From Eledone cirrhosa (taxonomy: Eukaryota): 64,000 nt of DNA. Position 1 is the first letter of the stretch; every line of letters starts with the position of its first letter. The translations under genes and the position numbers were made by a program. The stretch is taken from the NCBI GenBank assembly GCA_964016885.1, contig OZ024742.1, forward strand, positions 342,674,001 to 342,738,000, written 5' to 3'. Positions 12,930-27,199 of the stretch are shown one piece after another. The notes below the pieces were generated by a model. It did not search any database and had not been told where the DNA came from. It saw only the letters and a list, made by a program, of their open reading frames with translations.

Positions 12930-15900
12930 GTATGTGATCTACAGTGGTATGAAGTATGTCAGCTCCAGTGGTATGAAGTATGTGATCTCCAGTGGTATGA
13001 AGTATGTGATCTCCTGTGGTATGATGTATGTGATCTAGAGTGGTATGAAGTATGTGATCTACAGTGGTATGAAGTATGTGATCTCCAGTGGTATGAAGTA
13101 TGTGATCTACAGTGGTATGAAGTATGTGATATACAGTGGTATGAAGTATGTGATCTACAGTGGTATGAAGTATGTGATCTCCAGTGGTATGAAGTATGTC
13201 AGCTCCAGTGGTATGAAGTATGTGATCTACAGTGGTATGAAGTATGTGATCTACAGTGGTATGAAGTATGTGATCTCCAGTGGTATGAAGTATGTGATCT
13301 CCAGTGGTATGAAGTATGTGATCTCCAGTGGTATGAAGTATGTGATCTCCATTGGTATGAAGTATGTGATCTACAGTGGTATGAAGTATGTCAGCTCCAC
13401 TGGTATGAAGTATGAGATCTACAGTGGTATTAAGTATGTGATCTACAGTGGTATGAAGTATGTGATCTACAGTGGTATGAAGTATGTCAGCTCCAGTGGT
13501 ATGAAGTATATGATCTACAGTGGTATGAAGTATGTGATCTACAGTGGTATGAAGTATGTGATCTACAGTGGTATGAAGTATGTCAGCTCCAGTGGTATGA
13601 AGTATGTGATCTACAGTGGTATGAAGTATGTAATCTACAGTGGTATGAAGTATGTGATCTCCAGTGGTATGAAATATGTGATCTCCTGTGGTATGAAATA
13701 TGTCAGCTCCAGTGGTATGAAGTATGTGATCTCCAGTGGTATGAAGTATGTGATCTCCAGTGGTATGAAATATGTGATCTACAGTGGTATGAAGTATGTG
13801 ATCTCCAGTGGTATGAAGTATGTGATCTCCAGTGGTATGAAGTATGTCATATCCTGTGGTATGAAGTATGTGATCTCCAGTGGTATGAAGTATGTCAGCT
13901 CCAGTGGTATGAAGTATGTGATCTCCAGTGGTATGAAGTATGTGATCTCCAGTGGTATGAATTATGTGATCTACAGTGGTATGAAGTATGTTAGCTCCAG
14001 TGGTATGAAGTATGTGATCTACAGTGGTATGAAGTATGTGATCTCCTGTGGTATGAAGTATGTGATCTACAGTGGTATGAAGTATGTGATCTACAGTGGT
14101 ATGAAGTATGTGATCTCCAGTGGTATGAAGTATGATAGCTCCAGTGGTATGAAGTGTGTGATCTCCAGTGGTATGAAGTATGTGATCTACAGTGGTATGA
14201 AGTATGTGATCTACAGTGGTATGAAGTATGTGATTTACAGTGGTATGAAGTATGTGATCTCCTGTGGTATGAAGTATGTGATCTACAGTGATATGAAGTA
14301 TGTCATCTCCAGTGGTATGAAGTATGTGATCTACAGTGTTATGATGTATGTGATATCCTGTGGTATGAAGTATGTGATCTCCAGTGGTATGAAGTATGTC
14401 AGCTCCAGTGGTATGAAGTATGTGATCTCCTGTGGTATGAAGTATGTGATCTACAGTGGTATGAAGTATGTGATCTACAGTGGTATGAAGTATGTCATCT
14501 ACAGTGGTATGAAGTATGTGATATCCTGTGGTATGAAGTATGTGATCTCCAGTGGTATGAAGTATGTCAGCTCCAGTGGTATGAAGTATGTGATCTCCAG
14601 TTGTATGAAGTATGTGATCTACAGTGGTATGAAGTATGTGATCTCCTGTGGTATGAAGTATGTGATCTACAGTGGTATGAAGTATGTTAGCTCCTGTGGT
14701 ATGAAGTATGTGATCTCCAGTGGTATGAAGTATGTGATCTCCAGTGGTATGAAGTATGTGATCTACAGTGGTATGAAGTATGTGATCTCCTGTGGTATGA
14801 AGATTGTGATCTACAGTGGTATGAAGTATGTGATCTCCAGTAGTATGAAGTATGTCAGCTCCAGTGGTATGAAGTATGTGATCTCCAGTGGTATGAAGTA
14901 TGTGATCTCCAGTGGTATGAAGTATGTGATCTCCAGTGGTATGAAGTATGTGATCTACAGTGGTATGAAGTATGTGATATCCTGTGGTATGAAGTATGTG
15001 ATATACTGTGGTATGAAGTGTGTGATCTCCAGTGGTATGAAGTATGTGATCTCCAGTGGTATGAAGTATGTGATCTCCAGTGGTATGAAGTATGTGATAT
15101 CCTGTGGTATGAAGTATGTGATCTCCAGTGGTATGAAGTATGTGATCTCCAGTGGTATGAAGTATATGATCTCCAGTGGTATGAAGTATGTGATCTACAG
15201 TGGTATGAAGTATGTGATCTCCAGTAGTATGAAGTATGTCAGCTCCAGTGGTATGAAGTATGTGATCTCCAGTGGTATGAAGTATGTGATCTCCAGTGGT
15301 ATGAAGTATGTGATCTCCAGTGGTATGAAGTATGTGATCTCCAGTGGTATGAAGTATGTCAACTCCAGTGGTATGAAGTATGTCAGCTCCAGTGGTATGA
15401 AGTATGTGATCTCCAGTGGTATGAAGTATGTGATCTCCAGTGGTATGAAGTATGTCAGCTCCAGTGGTATGAAGTATGTGATATCCTGTGGTATGAAGTA
15501 TGTGATCTACAGTGGTATGAAGTATGTGATCTCCAGTGGTATGAAGTATGTGATCTCCAGTGGTATGAAGTATGTGATCTCCAGTGGTATGAAATATGTG
15601 ATCTCCAGTGGTATGAAGTATGTGATCTCCAGTGGTATGAAGTATGTGATCTCCAGTGGTATGAAATATGTGATCTCCAGTGGTATGAAGTATGTGATCT
15701 CCAGTGGTATGAAGTATGTCATATCCTGTGGTATGAAGTATGTGATCTCCAGTGGTATGGAGTATGTCAGCTCCAGTGGTATGAAGTGTGATCTCCAGTG
15801 GTATGAAGTATGTGATCTCCAGTGGTATGAAATATGTGATCTACAGTGGTATGAAGTATGTTAGCTCCAGTGGTATGAAGTATGTGATCTACAGTGGTAT

Positions 15901-18900
15901 GAAGTATGTGATCTCCTGTGGTATGATGTATGTGATCTACATTGGTATGAAGTATGTGATCTCCAGTGGTATGAAGTATGTGAGCTACAGTGGTATGAAG
16001 TATGTGATCTCCAGTGGTATGGAGTATGTCAGCTCCAGTGGTATGAAGTATGTGATCTCCAGTGGTATGAAGTATGTGATCTCCAGTGGTATGAAATATG
16101 TGATCTACAGTGGTATGAAGTATGTTAGCTCCAGTGGTATGAAGTATGTGATCTACAGTGGTATGAAGTATGTGATCTCCTGTGGTATGAAGTATGTGAT
16201 CTACAGTGGTATGAAGTATGTGATCTCCAGTGGTATGAAGTATGTGAGCTACAGTGGTATGAAGTATGTGATCTACAGTGGTATGAAGTATGTGATCTCC
16301 AGTGGTATGAAGTATGTTAGCTCCAGTCGTATGAAGTGTGTGATCTACATTGGTATGAAGTATGTGATCTACAGTGGTATGAAGTATGTGATCTACAGTG
16401 GTATGAAGTATGTGATATCCTGTGGTATGAAGTATGTGATCTCCAGTGGTATGAAGTATATGATCTACAGTGGTATGAAGTATGTGATCTACAGTGGTAT
16501 GAAGTATGTGATTTACAGTGGTATGAAGTATGTGATCTACAGTGGTATGAAGTATGTGATCTCCTGTGGTATGAAGTATGTGATCTACAGTGGTATGAAG
16601 TATATGATCTACAGTGGTATGAAGTATGTGATCTACAGTGGTGTGAAGTATGTGATTTACAGTGGTATGAAGTATGAATTATAGTGGTATGAAGTATGTG
16701 ATCTCCTGTGGTATGAAGTATGTGATCTACAGTGGTATGAAGTATGTGATCTCCAGTGGTATGAAGTATGTGATCTACAGTGGTATGAAGTATGTGATAT
16801 CCTGTGGTATGAAGTATGTGATCTCCAGTGGTATGAAGTATGTCAGCTCCAGTGGTATGAAGTATGTGATCTCCAGTGGTATGAAGTATGTGATCTCCAG
16901 TGGTATGAGCTATGTCAGCTCCAGTGGTATGAAGTATGGGATATCCTGTGGTATGAAGTATGTGATCTACAGTGGTATGAAGTATGTGATCGACAGTGGT
17001 ATGAAGTATGTGATCTACAGTGGTATGAAGTATGTGATATCCTGTGGTATGAAGTATGTGATATACTGTGGTATGAAGTATGTGATCTCCAGGTGTATGA
17101 AGTATTTGATCTCCAGTGGTATGAAGTATGTGATCTACAGTGGTATGAAGTATGTGATCTCCAGTGGTATGAAGTATGTGATAACCTGTGGTATGAAGTA
17201 TGTGATATCCTGTGGTATGATGTATGTGATATCCAGTGGTATGAAGTATGTGATCTACAGTGGTATGAAGTATGTGATCTACAGTGGTATGAAGTATGTA
17301 ATCTCCAGTGGTATGAAGTATGTGATCTCCAGTGGTATGAAGTATGTGATCTCCAGTGGTATGAAGTATGTGATCTACAGTGGTATGAAGTATGTAATCT
17401 CCAGTGGTATGAAATATGTGATATCCAGTGGTATGAAGTATGTGATCTCCTGTGGTATGAAATATGTCAGCTCCAGTGGTATGAAGTATGTGATCTCCAG
17501 TTGTATGAAGTATGTGATCTACAGTGGTATGAAGTATGTGATCTCCAGTGGTATGAAGTATGTGATCTCCAGTGGTATGAAGTATGTCAGCTCCAGTTTT
17601 ATGAAGTATGTGATCTCCAGTGGTATGAAATATGTGATCTACAGTAGTATGAAGTATGTTAGCTCCAGTGGTATGAAGTATGTGATCTACAGTGGTATGA
17701 AGCATGTCAGCTCCAGTGGTATGAAGTATGTGATCTCCAGTGGTATGAAGTATGTGATCTCCTGTGGTATGATGTATGTGATCTAGAGTGGTATGAAGTA
17801 TGTGATCTACAGTGGTATGAAGTATGTGATCTCCAGTGGTATGAAACATGTGATCTACAGTGGTATGAAGTATGTGATCTACAGTGGTATGAAGTATGTG
17901 ATCTCCAGTGGTATGAAGTATGTCAGCTCCAGTGGTATGAAGTATGTGATCTACAGTGGTATGAAGTATGTGATCTACAGTGGATTGAAGTATGTGATCT
18001 CCAGTGGTATGAAGTATGTGATCTCCAGTGGTATGAAGTATGTGATCTCCAGTGGTATGAAGTATGTGATCTCCATTGGTATGAAGTTTGTGATCTACAG
18101 TGGTATGAAGTATGTCAGCTCCAGTGGTATGAAGTATGAGATCTACAGTGGTATTAAGTATGTGATCTACAGTGGTATGAAGTATGTGATCTACAGTGGT
18201 ATGAAGTATGTCAGCTCCAGTGGTATGAAGTATATGATCTACAGTGGTATGAAGTATGTGATCTACAGTGGTATGAAGTATGTGATCTACAGTGGTATGA
18301 AGTATGTCAGCTCCAGTGGTATGAAGTATGTGATCTACAGTGGTATGAAGTATGTAATCTACAGTGGTATGAAGTATGTGATCTCCAGTGGTATGAAATA
18401 TGTGATCTCCTGTGGTATGAAATATGTCAGCTCCAGTGGTATGAAGTATGTGATCTCCAGTGGTATGAAGTATGTGATCTCCAGTGGTATGAAATATGTG
18501 ATCTACAGTGGTATGAAGTATGTGATCTCCAGTGGTATGAAGTATGTGATCTCCAGTGGTATGAAATATGTGATCTCCAGTGGTATGAAGTATGTGATCT
18601 CCAGTGGTATGAAGTATGTCATATCCTGTGGTATGAAGTATGTGATCTCCAGTGGTATGAAGTATGTCAGCTCCAGTGGTATGAAGTATGTGATCTCCAG
18701 TGGTATGAAGTATGTGATCTCCAGTGGTATGAAATATGTGATCTACAGTGGTATGAAGTATGTTAGCTCCAGTGGTATGAAGTATGTGATCTACAGTGGT
18801 ATGAAGTATGTGATCTCCTGTGGTATGAAGTATGTGATCTACAGTGGTATGAAGTATGTGATCTACAGTGGTATGAAGTATGTGATCTCCAGTGGTATGA

Positions 18901-21430
18901 AGTATGATAGCTCCAGTGGTATGAAGTGTGTGATCTCCAGTGGTATGAAGTATGTGATCTACAGTGGTATGAAGTATGTGATCTACAGTGGTATGAAGTA
19001 TGTGATTTACAGTGGTATGAAGTATGTGATCTCCTGTGGTATGAAGTATGTGATCTACAGTGGTATGAAGTATGTCATCTCCAGTGGTATGAAGTATGTG
19101 ATCTACAGTGGTATGAAGTATGTGATATCCTGTGGTATGAAGTATGTGATCTCCAGTGGTATGAAGTATGTCAGCTCCAGTGGTATGAAGTATGTGATCT
19201 CCTGTGGTATGAAGTATGTGATCTACAGTGGTATGAAGTATGTGATCTACAGTGGTATGAAGTATGTCATCTACAGTGGTATGAAGTATGTGATATCCTG
19301 TGGTATGAAGTATGTGATCTCCAGTGGTATGAAGTATGTCAGCTCCAGTGGTATGAAGTATGTGATCTCCAGTTGTATGAAGTATGTGATCTACAGTGGT
19401 ATGAAGTATGTGATCTCCTGTGGTATGAAGTATGTGATCTACAGTGGTATGAAGTATGTTAGCTCCTGTGGTATGAAGTATGTGATCTCCAGTGGTATGA
19501 AGTATGTGATCTCCAGTGGTATGAAGTATGTGATCTACAGTGGTATGAAGTATGTGATCTCCTGTGGTATGAAGTATGTGATCTACAGTGGTATGAAGTA
19601 TGTGATCTCCAGTAGTATGAAGTATGTCAGCTCCAGTGGTATGAAGTATGTGATCTCCAGTGGTATGAAGTATGTGATCTCCAGTGGTATGAAGTATGTG
19701 ATCTCCAGTGGTATGAAGTATGTGATCTACAGTGGTATGAAGTATGTGATATCCTGTGGTATGAAGTATGTGATATCCTGTGGTATGAAGTGTGTGATCT
19801 CCAGTGGTATGAAGTATGTGATCTCCAGTGGTATGAAGTATGTGATCTCCAGTGGTATGAAGTATGTGATATCCTGTGGTATGAAGTATGTGATCTCCAG
19901 TGGTATGAAGTATGTGATCTCCAGTGGTATGAAGTATATGATCTCCAGTGGTATGAAGTATGTGATCTACAGTGGTATGAAGTATGTGATCTCCAGTAGT
20001 ATGAAGTATGTCAGCTCCAGTGGTATGAAGTATGTGATCTCCAGTGGTATGAAGTATGTGATCTCCAGTGGTATGAAGTATGTGATCTCCAGTGGTATGA
20101 AGTATGTGATCTCCAGTGGTATGAAGTATGTCAACTCCAGTGGTATGAAATATGTCAGCTCCAGTGGTATGAAGTATGTGATCTCCAGTGGTATGAAGTA
20201 TGTGATCTCCAGTGGTATGAAGTATGTCAGCTCCAGTGGTATGAAGTATGTGATATCCTGTGGTATGAAGTATGTGATCTACAGTGGTATGAAGTATGTG
20301 ATCTCCAGTGGTATGAAGTATGTGATCTCCAGTGGTATGAAGTATGTGATCTCCAGTGGTATGAAGTATGTGATCTCCAGTGGTATGAAATATGTGATCT
20401 ACAGTGGTATGAAGTATGTGATCTCCAGTGGTATGAAGTATGTGATCTCCAGTGGTATGAAATATGTGATCTCCAGTGGTATGAAGTATGTGATCTCCAG
20501 TGGTATGAAGTATGTCATATCCTGTGGTATGAAGTATGTGATCTCCAGTGGTATGGAGTATGTCAGCTCCAGTGGTATGAAGTATGTGATCTCCAGTGGT
20601 ATGAAGTATGTGATCTCCAGTGGTATGAAATATGTGATCTACAGTGGTATGAAGTATGTTAGCTCCAGTGGTATGAAGTATGTGATCTACAGTGGTATGA
20701 AGTATGTGATCTCCTGTGGTATGAAGTATGTGATCTACAGTGGTATGAAGTATGTGATCTACAGTGGTATGGAGTATGTCAGCTCCAGTGGTATGAAGTA
20801 TGTGATCTCCAGTGGTATGAAGTATGTGATCTCCAGTGGTATGAAATATGTGATCTACAGTGGTATGAAGTATGTTAGCTCCAGTGGTATGAAGTATGTG
20901 ATCTACAGTGGTATGAAGTATGTGATCTCCTGTGGTATGAAGTATGTGATCTACAGTGGTATGAAGTATGTGATCTCCAGTGGTATGAAGTGTGTGAGCT
21001 ACAGTGGTATGATGTATGTGATCTACAGTGGTATGAAGTATGTGATCTCCAGTGGTATGAAGTATGTTAGCTCCAGTCGTATGAAGTGTGTGATCTACAT
21101 TGGTATGAAGTATGTGATCTACAGTGGTATGAAGTATGTGATCTACAGTGGTATGAAGTATGTGATATCCTGTGGTATGAAGTATGTGATCTCCAGTGGT
21201 ATGAAGTATATGATCTACAGTGGTATGAAGTATGTGATCTACAGTGGTATGAAGTATGTGATTTACAGTGGTATGAAGTATGTGATCTACAGTGGTATGA
21301 AGTATGTGATCTCCTGTGGTATGAAGTATGTGATCTACAGTGGTATGAAGTATATGATCTACAGTGGTATGAAGTATGTGATCTACAGTGGTATGAAGTA
21401 TGTGATTTACAGTGGTATGAAGTATGTGAT
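12930..21430 (+). repeat. Higher-order duplication with about 4.75 kb offset (12.9-16.7 kb versus 17.7-21.4 kb)
   Basis: ATGATGTATGTGATCTAGAG recurs with TCTAGA at 13034 and 17782 (offset 4748 = 198 units minus two 2-bp deletions). TCCATTGG, TATGAGATC-ATTAAG, TATGATAGC and AGTCGT-TACATT follow in the same order in both copies. Confidence 0.88.
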
Positions 21431-24400
21431 CTACAGTGGTATGAAGTATGTGATCTCCTGTGGTATGAAGTATGTGATCTACAGTGGTATGAAGTATGTG
21501 ATCTCCAGTGGTATGAAGTATGTGATCTACAGTGGTATGAAGTATGTGATATCCTGTGGTATGAAGTATGTGATCTCCAGTGGTATGAAGTATGTCAGCT
21601 CCAGTGGTATGAAGTATGTGATCTCCTGTGGTATGAAGTATGTGATCTACAGTGGTATGAATTATGTGATCTCCAGTGGTATGAAGTATGTGATCTACAG
21701 TGGTATGAAGTATGTGATATCCTGTGGTATGAAGTATGTGATCTCCAGTGGTATGAAGTATGTCAGCTCTAGTGGTATGAAGTATGTGATCTCCAGTTGT
21801 ATGAAGTATGTGATCTACAGTGGTATGAAGTATGTGATCTCCTGTGGTATGAAGTATGTGATCTACAGTGGTATGAAGTATGTTAGCTCCTGTGGTATAA
21901 AGTATGTGATCTCCAGTGGTATGAAGTATGTGATCTCCAGTGGTCTGAAGTATGTGATCTACAGTGGTATGAAGTATGTGATCTCCTGTGGTATGAAGTA
22001 TGTGATCTACAGTGGTATGAAGTATGTGATCTCCAGTGGTATGAAGTATGTGATCTACAGTGGTATGAAGTATGTGATCTACAGTGGTATGAAGTATGTG
22101 ATATCCTGTGGTATGAAGTATGTGATATCCTGTGTTATGAAGTATGTGATCTCCAGTGGTATGAAGTATGTGATCTCCAGTGGTATGAAGTATGTGATCT
22201 CCAGTGGTATGAAGTATGTGATCTACAGTGGTATGAAGTATGTGATCTCCAGTAGTATGAAGTATGTCAGCTCCAGTGGTATGAAGTATGTGATCTCCAG
22301 TGGTATGAAGTATGTGATCTCCAGTGGTATGAAGTATGTGATCTCCAGTGGTATGAAGTATGTGATCTCCAGTGGTATGAAGTATGTCAACTCCAGTGGT
22401 ATGAAGTATGTCAGCTCCAGTGGTATGAAGTATGTGATCTACAGTGGTATGAAGTATGTGATCTCCAGTGGTATGAAGTATGTCAACTCCAGTGGTATGA
22501 AGTATGTGATCTCCAGTGGTATGAAGTATGTGATCTCCAGTGGTATGAAGTATGTGATCTCCAGTGGTATGAAGTATGTCAGCTCCAGTGGTATGAAGTA
22601 TGTGATATCCTGTGGTATGAAGTATGTGATCTACAGTGGTATGAAGTATGTGATCTACAGTGGTATGAAGTATGTGATCTACAGTGGTATGAAGTATGTT
22701 ATCTCCAGTGGTATGAAGTATGTGATCTCCAGTGGTATGAAGTATGTGATCTACAGTGGTATGAAGTATGTGATATCCTGTGGTATGAAGTATGTGATCT
22801 CCAGTGGTATGAAATATGTGATCTCCAGTGGTATGAAGTATGTGATCTACAGTGGTATGAAGTATGTGATCTCCAGTGGTATGAAGTATGTGATATCCTG
22901 TGTTATGAAGTATGTGATCTATAGTGGTATATAAGTATGTGATCTCCAGTGGTATGAAATATGTGATCTCCAGTGGTATGCAGTATGTGATCTCCAGTGG
23001 TATGAAGTATGTCAGCTCCAGTGGTATGAAGTATGTGATCTCCAGTGGTATAAAGTATGTGATCTCCAGTGGTATGAGCTATGTCAGCTCCAGTGGTATG
23101 AAGTATGTGATATCCTGTGGTATGAAGTATGTGATCTACAGTGGCATGAAGTATGTGATCTCCAGTGGTATGAAGTATGTGATCTCCAGTGGTATGAAAT
23201 ATGTCAGCCTCAGTGGTATGAAGTATGTGATCTCCAGTGGTATGAAGTATGTGATCTCCAGAGGTATGAAGTATGTCAGCTCCAGTGGTATGAAGTATGT
23301 GATCTCCAGTGGTTTGAAGTATGTGATCTCCAGTTGTATGAAGTATGTCAGCTCCAGTGGTATGAAGTATGTGATCTCCAGTGGTATGAAGTATGTCAGC
23401 TCCAGTGGTATGAAGTATGTGATCTCCAGTGGTATGAAGTATGTGATCTCCTTAGTATGATGTATGTGATCTCCAGTGGTATGAAGTATGTGATCTCCAG
23501 TGGTATGAAGTATGTGATCTTCAGTGGTATGAAGTATGTGATATCCTGTGGTATGAATTATGTGATCTACGGTGGTATGAAGTATGTGATCTCCAGTGGT
23601 ATGAAGTATGTGATCTACAGCGGTATGAAGTATGTGATCTCCAGTGGTATGAAGTATGTGATAACCTGTGGTATGAAGTATGTCATATCCTGTGGTATGA
23701 AGTATGTGATCTCCAGTGGTATGGAGTATGTCAGCTCCAGTGGTATGAAGTATGTGATCTCCAGTGGTATGAAGTATGTGATCTCCAGTGGTATGAAATA
23801 TGTGATCTACAGTGGTATGAAGTATGTTAGCTCCAGTGGTATGAAGTATGTGATCTACAGTGGTATGAAGTATGTGATCTCCTGTGGTATGAAGTATGTG
23901 ATCTACAGTGGTATGAAGTATGTGATCTCCAGTGGTATGAAGTATGTGAGCTACAGTGGTATGAAGTATGTGATCTACAGTGGTATGGAGTATGTCAGCT
24001 CCAGTGGTATGAAGTATGTGATCTCCAGTGGTATGAAGTATGTGATCTCCAGTGGTATGAAATATGTGATCTACAGTGGTATGAAGTATGTTAGCTCCAG
24101 TGGTATGAAGTATGTGATCTACAGTGGTATGAAGTATGTGATCTCCTGTGGTATGAAGTATGTGATCTACAGTGGTATGAAGTATGTGATCTCCAGTGGT
24201 ATGAAGTGTGTGAGCTACAGTGGTATGATGTATGTGATCTACAGTGGTATGAAGTATGTGATCTCCAGTGGTATGAAGTATGTTAGCTCCAGTCGTATGA
24301 AGTGTGTGATCTACATTGGTATGAAGTATGTGATCTACAGTGGTATGAAGTATGTGATCTACAGTGGTATGAAGTATGTGATATCCTGTGGTATGAAGTA

Positions 24401-26850
24401 TGTGATCTCCAGTGGTATGAAGTATATGATCTACAGTGGTATGAAGTATGTGATCTACAGTGGTATGAAGTATGTGATTTACAGTGGTATGAAGTATGTG
24501 ATCTACAGTGGTATGAAGTATGTGATCTCCTGTGGTATGAAGTATGTGATCTACAGTGGTATGAAGTATATGATCTACAATGGTATGAAGTATGTGATCT
24601 ACAGTGGTATGAAGTATGTGATTTACAGTGGTATGAAGTATGTGATCTACAGTGGTATGAAGTATGTGATCTCCTGTGGTATGAAGTATGTGATCTACAG
24701 TGGTATGAAGTATGTGATCTCCAGTGGTATGAAGTATGTGATCTACAGTGGTATGAAGTATGTGATATCCTGTGGTATGAAGTATGTGATCTCCAGTGGT
24801 ATGAAGTATGTCAGCTCCAGTGGTATGAAGTATGTGATCTCCTGTGGTATGAAGTATGTGATCTACAGTGGTATGAATTATGTGATCTCCAGTGGTATGA
24901 AGTATGTGATCTACAGTGGTATGAAGTATGTGATATCCTGTGGTATGAAGTATGTGATCTCCAGTGGTATGAAGTATGTCAGCTCTAGTGGTATGAAGTA
25001 TGTGATCTCCAGTTGTATGAAGTATGTGATCTACAGTGGTATGAAGTATGTGATCTCCTGTGGTATGAAGTATGTGATCTACAGTGGTATGAAGTATGTT
25101 AGCTCCTGTGGTATAAAGTATGTGATCTCCAGTGGTATGAAGTATGTGATCTCCAGTGGTATGAAGTATGTGATCTACAGTGGTATGAAGTATGTGATCT
25201 CCTGTGGTATGAAGTATGTGATCTACAGTGGTATGAAGTATGTGATCTCCAGTGGTATGAAGTATGTGATCTACAGTGGTATGAAGTATGTGATCTACAG
25301 TGGTATGAAGTATGTGATATCCTGTGGTATGAAGTATGTGATATCCTGTGTTATGAAGTATGTGATCTCCAGTGGTATGAAGTATGTGATCTCCAGTGGT
25401 ATGAAGTATGTGATCTCCAGTGGTATGAAGCATGTGATCTACAGTGGTATGAAGTATGTGATCTCCAGTAGTATGAAGTATGTCAGCTCCAGTGGTATGA
25501 AGTATGTGATCTCCAGTGGTATGAAGTATGTGATCTCCAGTGGTATGAAGTATGTGATCTCCAGTGGTATGAAGTATGTGATCTCCAGTGGTATGAAGTA
25601 TGTCAACTCCAGTGGTATGAAGTATGTCAGCTCCAGTGGTATGAAGTATGTGATCTACAGTGGTATGAAGTATATGATCTCCAGTGGTATGAAGTATGTC
25701 AACTCCAGTGGTATGAAGTATGTGATCTCCAGTGGTATGAAGTATGTGATCTCCAGTGGTATGAAGTATGTGATCTCCAGTGGTATGAAGTATGTCAGCT
25801 CCAGTGGTATGAAGTATGTGATATCCTGTGGTATGAAGTATGTGATCTACAGTGGTATGAAGTATGTGATCTACAGTGGTATGAAGTATGTGATCTACAG
25901 TGGTATGAAGTATGTTATCTCCAGTGGTATGAAGTATGTGATCTCCAGTGGTATGAAGTATGTGATCTACAGTGGTATGAAGTATGTGATATCCTGTGGT
26001 ATGAAGTATGTGATCTCCAGTGGTATGAAATATGTGATCTCCAGTGGTATGAAGTATGTGATCTACAGTGGTATGAAGTATGTGATCTCCAGTGGTATGA
26101 AGTATGTGATATCCTGTGTTATGAAGTATGTGATCTATAGTGGTATATAAGTATGTGATCTCCAGTGGTATGAAATATGTGATCTCCAGTGGTATGCAGT
26201 ATGTGATCTCCAGTGGTATGAAGTATGTCAGCTCCAGTGGTATGAAGTATGTGATCTCCAGTGGTATAAAGTATGTGATCTCCAGTGGTATGAGCTATGT
26301 CAGCTCCAGTGGTATGAAGTATGTGATATCCTGTGGTATGAAGTATGTGATCTCCAGTGGTATGAAGTATGTGATCTCCAGTGGTATGAAGTATGTCAGC
26401 CTCAGTGGTATGAAGTATGTGATCTCCAGTGGTATGAAGTATGTGATCTCCAGTGGTATGAAGTATGTCAGCTCCAGTGGTATGAAGTATGTGATCTCCA
26501 GTGGTTTGAAGTATGTGATCTCCAGTGGTATGAAGTATGTCAGCTCCAGTGGTATGAAGTATGTGATCTCCAGTGGTATGAAGTATGTCAGCTCCAGTGG
26601 TATGAAGTATGTGATCTCCAGTGGTATGAAGTATGTGATCTCCTGTAGTATGATGTATGTGATCTCCAGTGGTATGAAGTATGTGATCTCCAGTGGTATG
26701 AAGTGTGTGATCTTCAGTGGTATGAAGTATGTGATATCCTGTGGTATGAATTATGTGATCTACGGTGGTATGAAGTATGTGATCTCCAGTGGTATGAAGT
26801 ATGTGATCTACAGCGGTATGAAGTATGTGATCTCCAGTGGTATGAAATAT
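20500..26850 (+). repeat. Tandem higher-order duplication with 3216-bp (134-unit) period
   Basis: The +1 insertion GGTATATAAG occurs at ~22926 and ~26142, and AGTCGT/TACATT at ~21075 and ~24291. ATGCAG, CAGCCTCAG, GGTTTG, TACGGT and AGCGGT are shared in the same order. Confidence 0.9.
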
Positions 26851-27199
26851 GTGATATCCTGTGGTATGAAGTATGTGATATCCAGTGGTATGAAGTATGT
26901 GATCTACAGTGGTATGAAGTATGTGATCTACAGTGGTATGAAGTATGTGATCTCCAGTGGTATGAAGTATGTGATATCCTGTGGTATGAAGTATGTGACC
27001 TCCAGTGGTATGAAGTATGTGATCTACAGTGGTATGAAGTATGTAATCTACAGTGGTATGAAGTATGTGATCTCCAGTGGTATGAAGTATGTGATCTCCT
27101 GTGGTATGAAATATGTCAGCTCCAGTGGTATGAAGTATGTGATCTCCAGTGGTATGAAGTATGTGATCTCCAGTGGTATGTAATATGTGATCTACAGTG

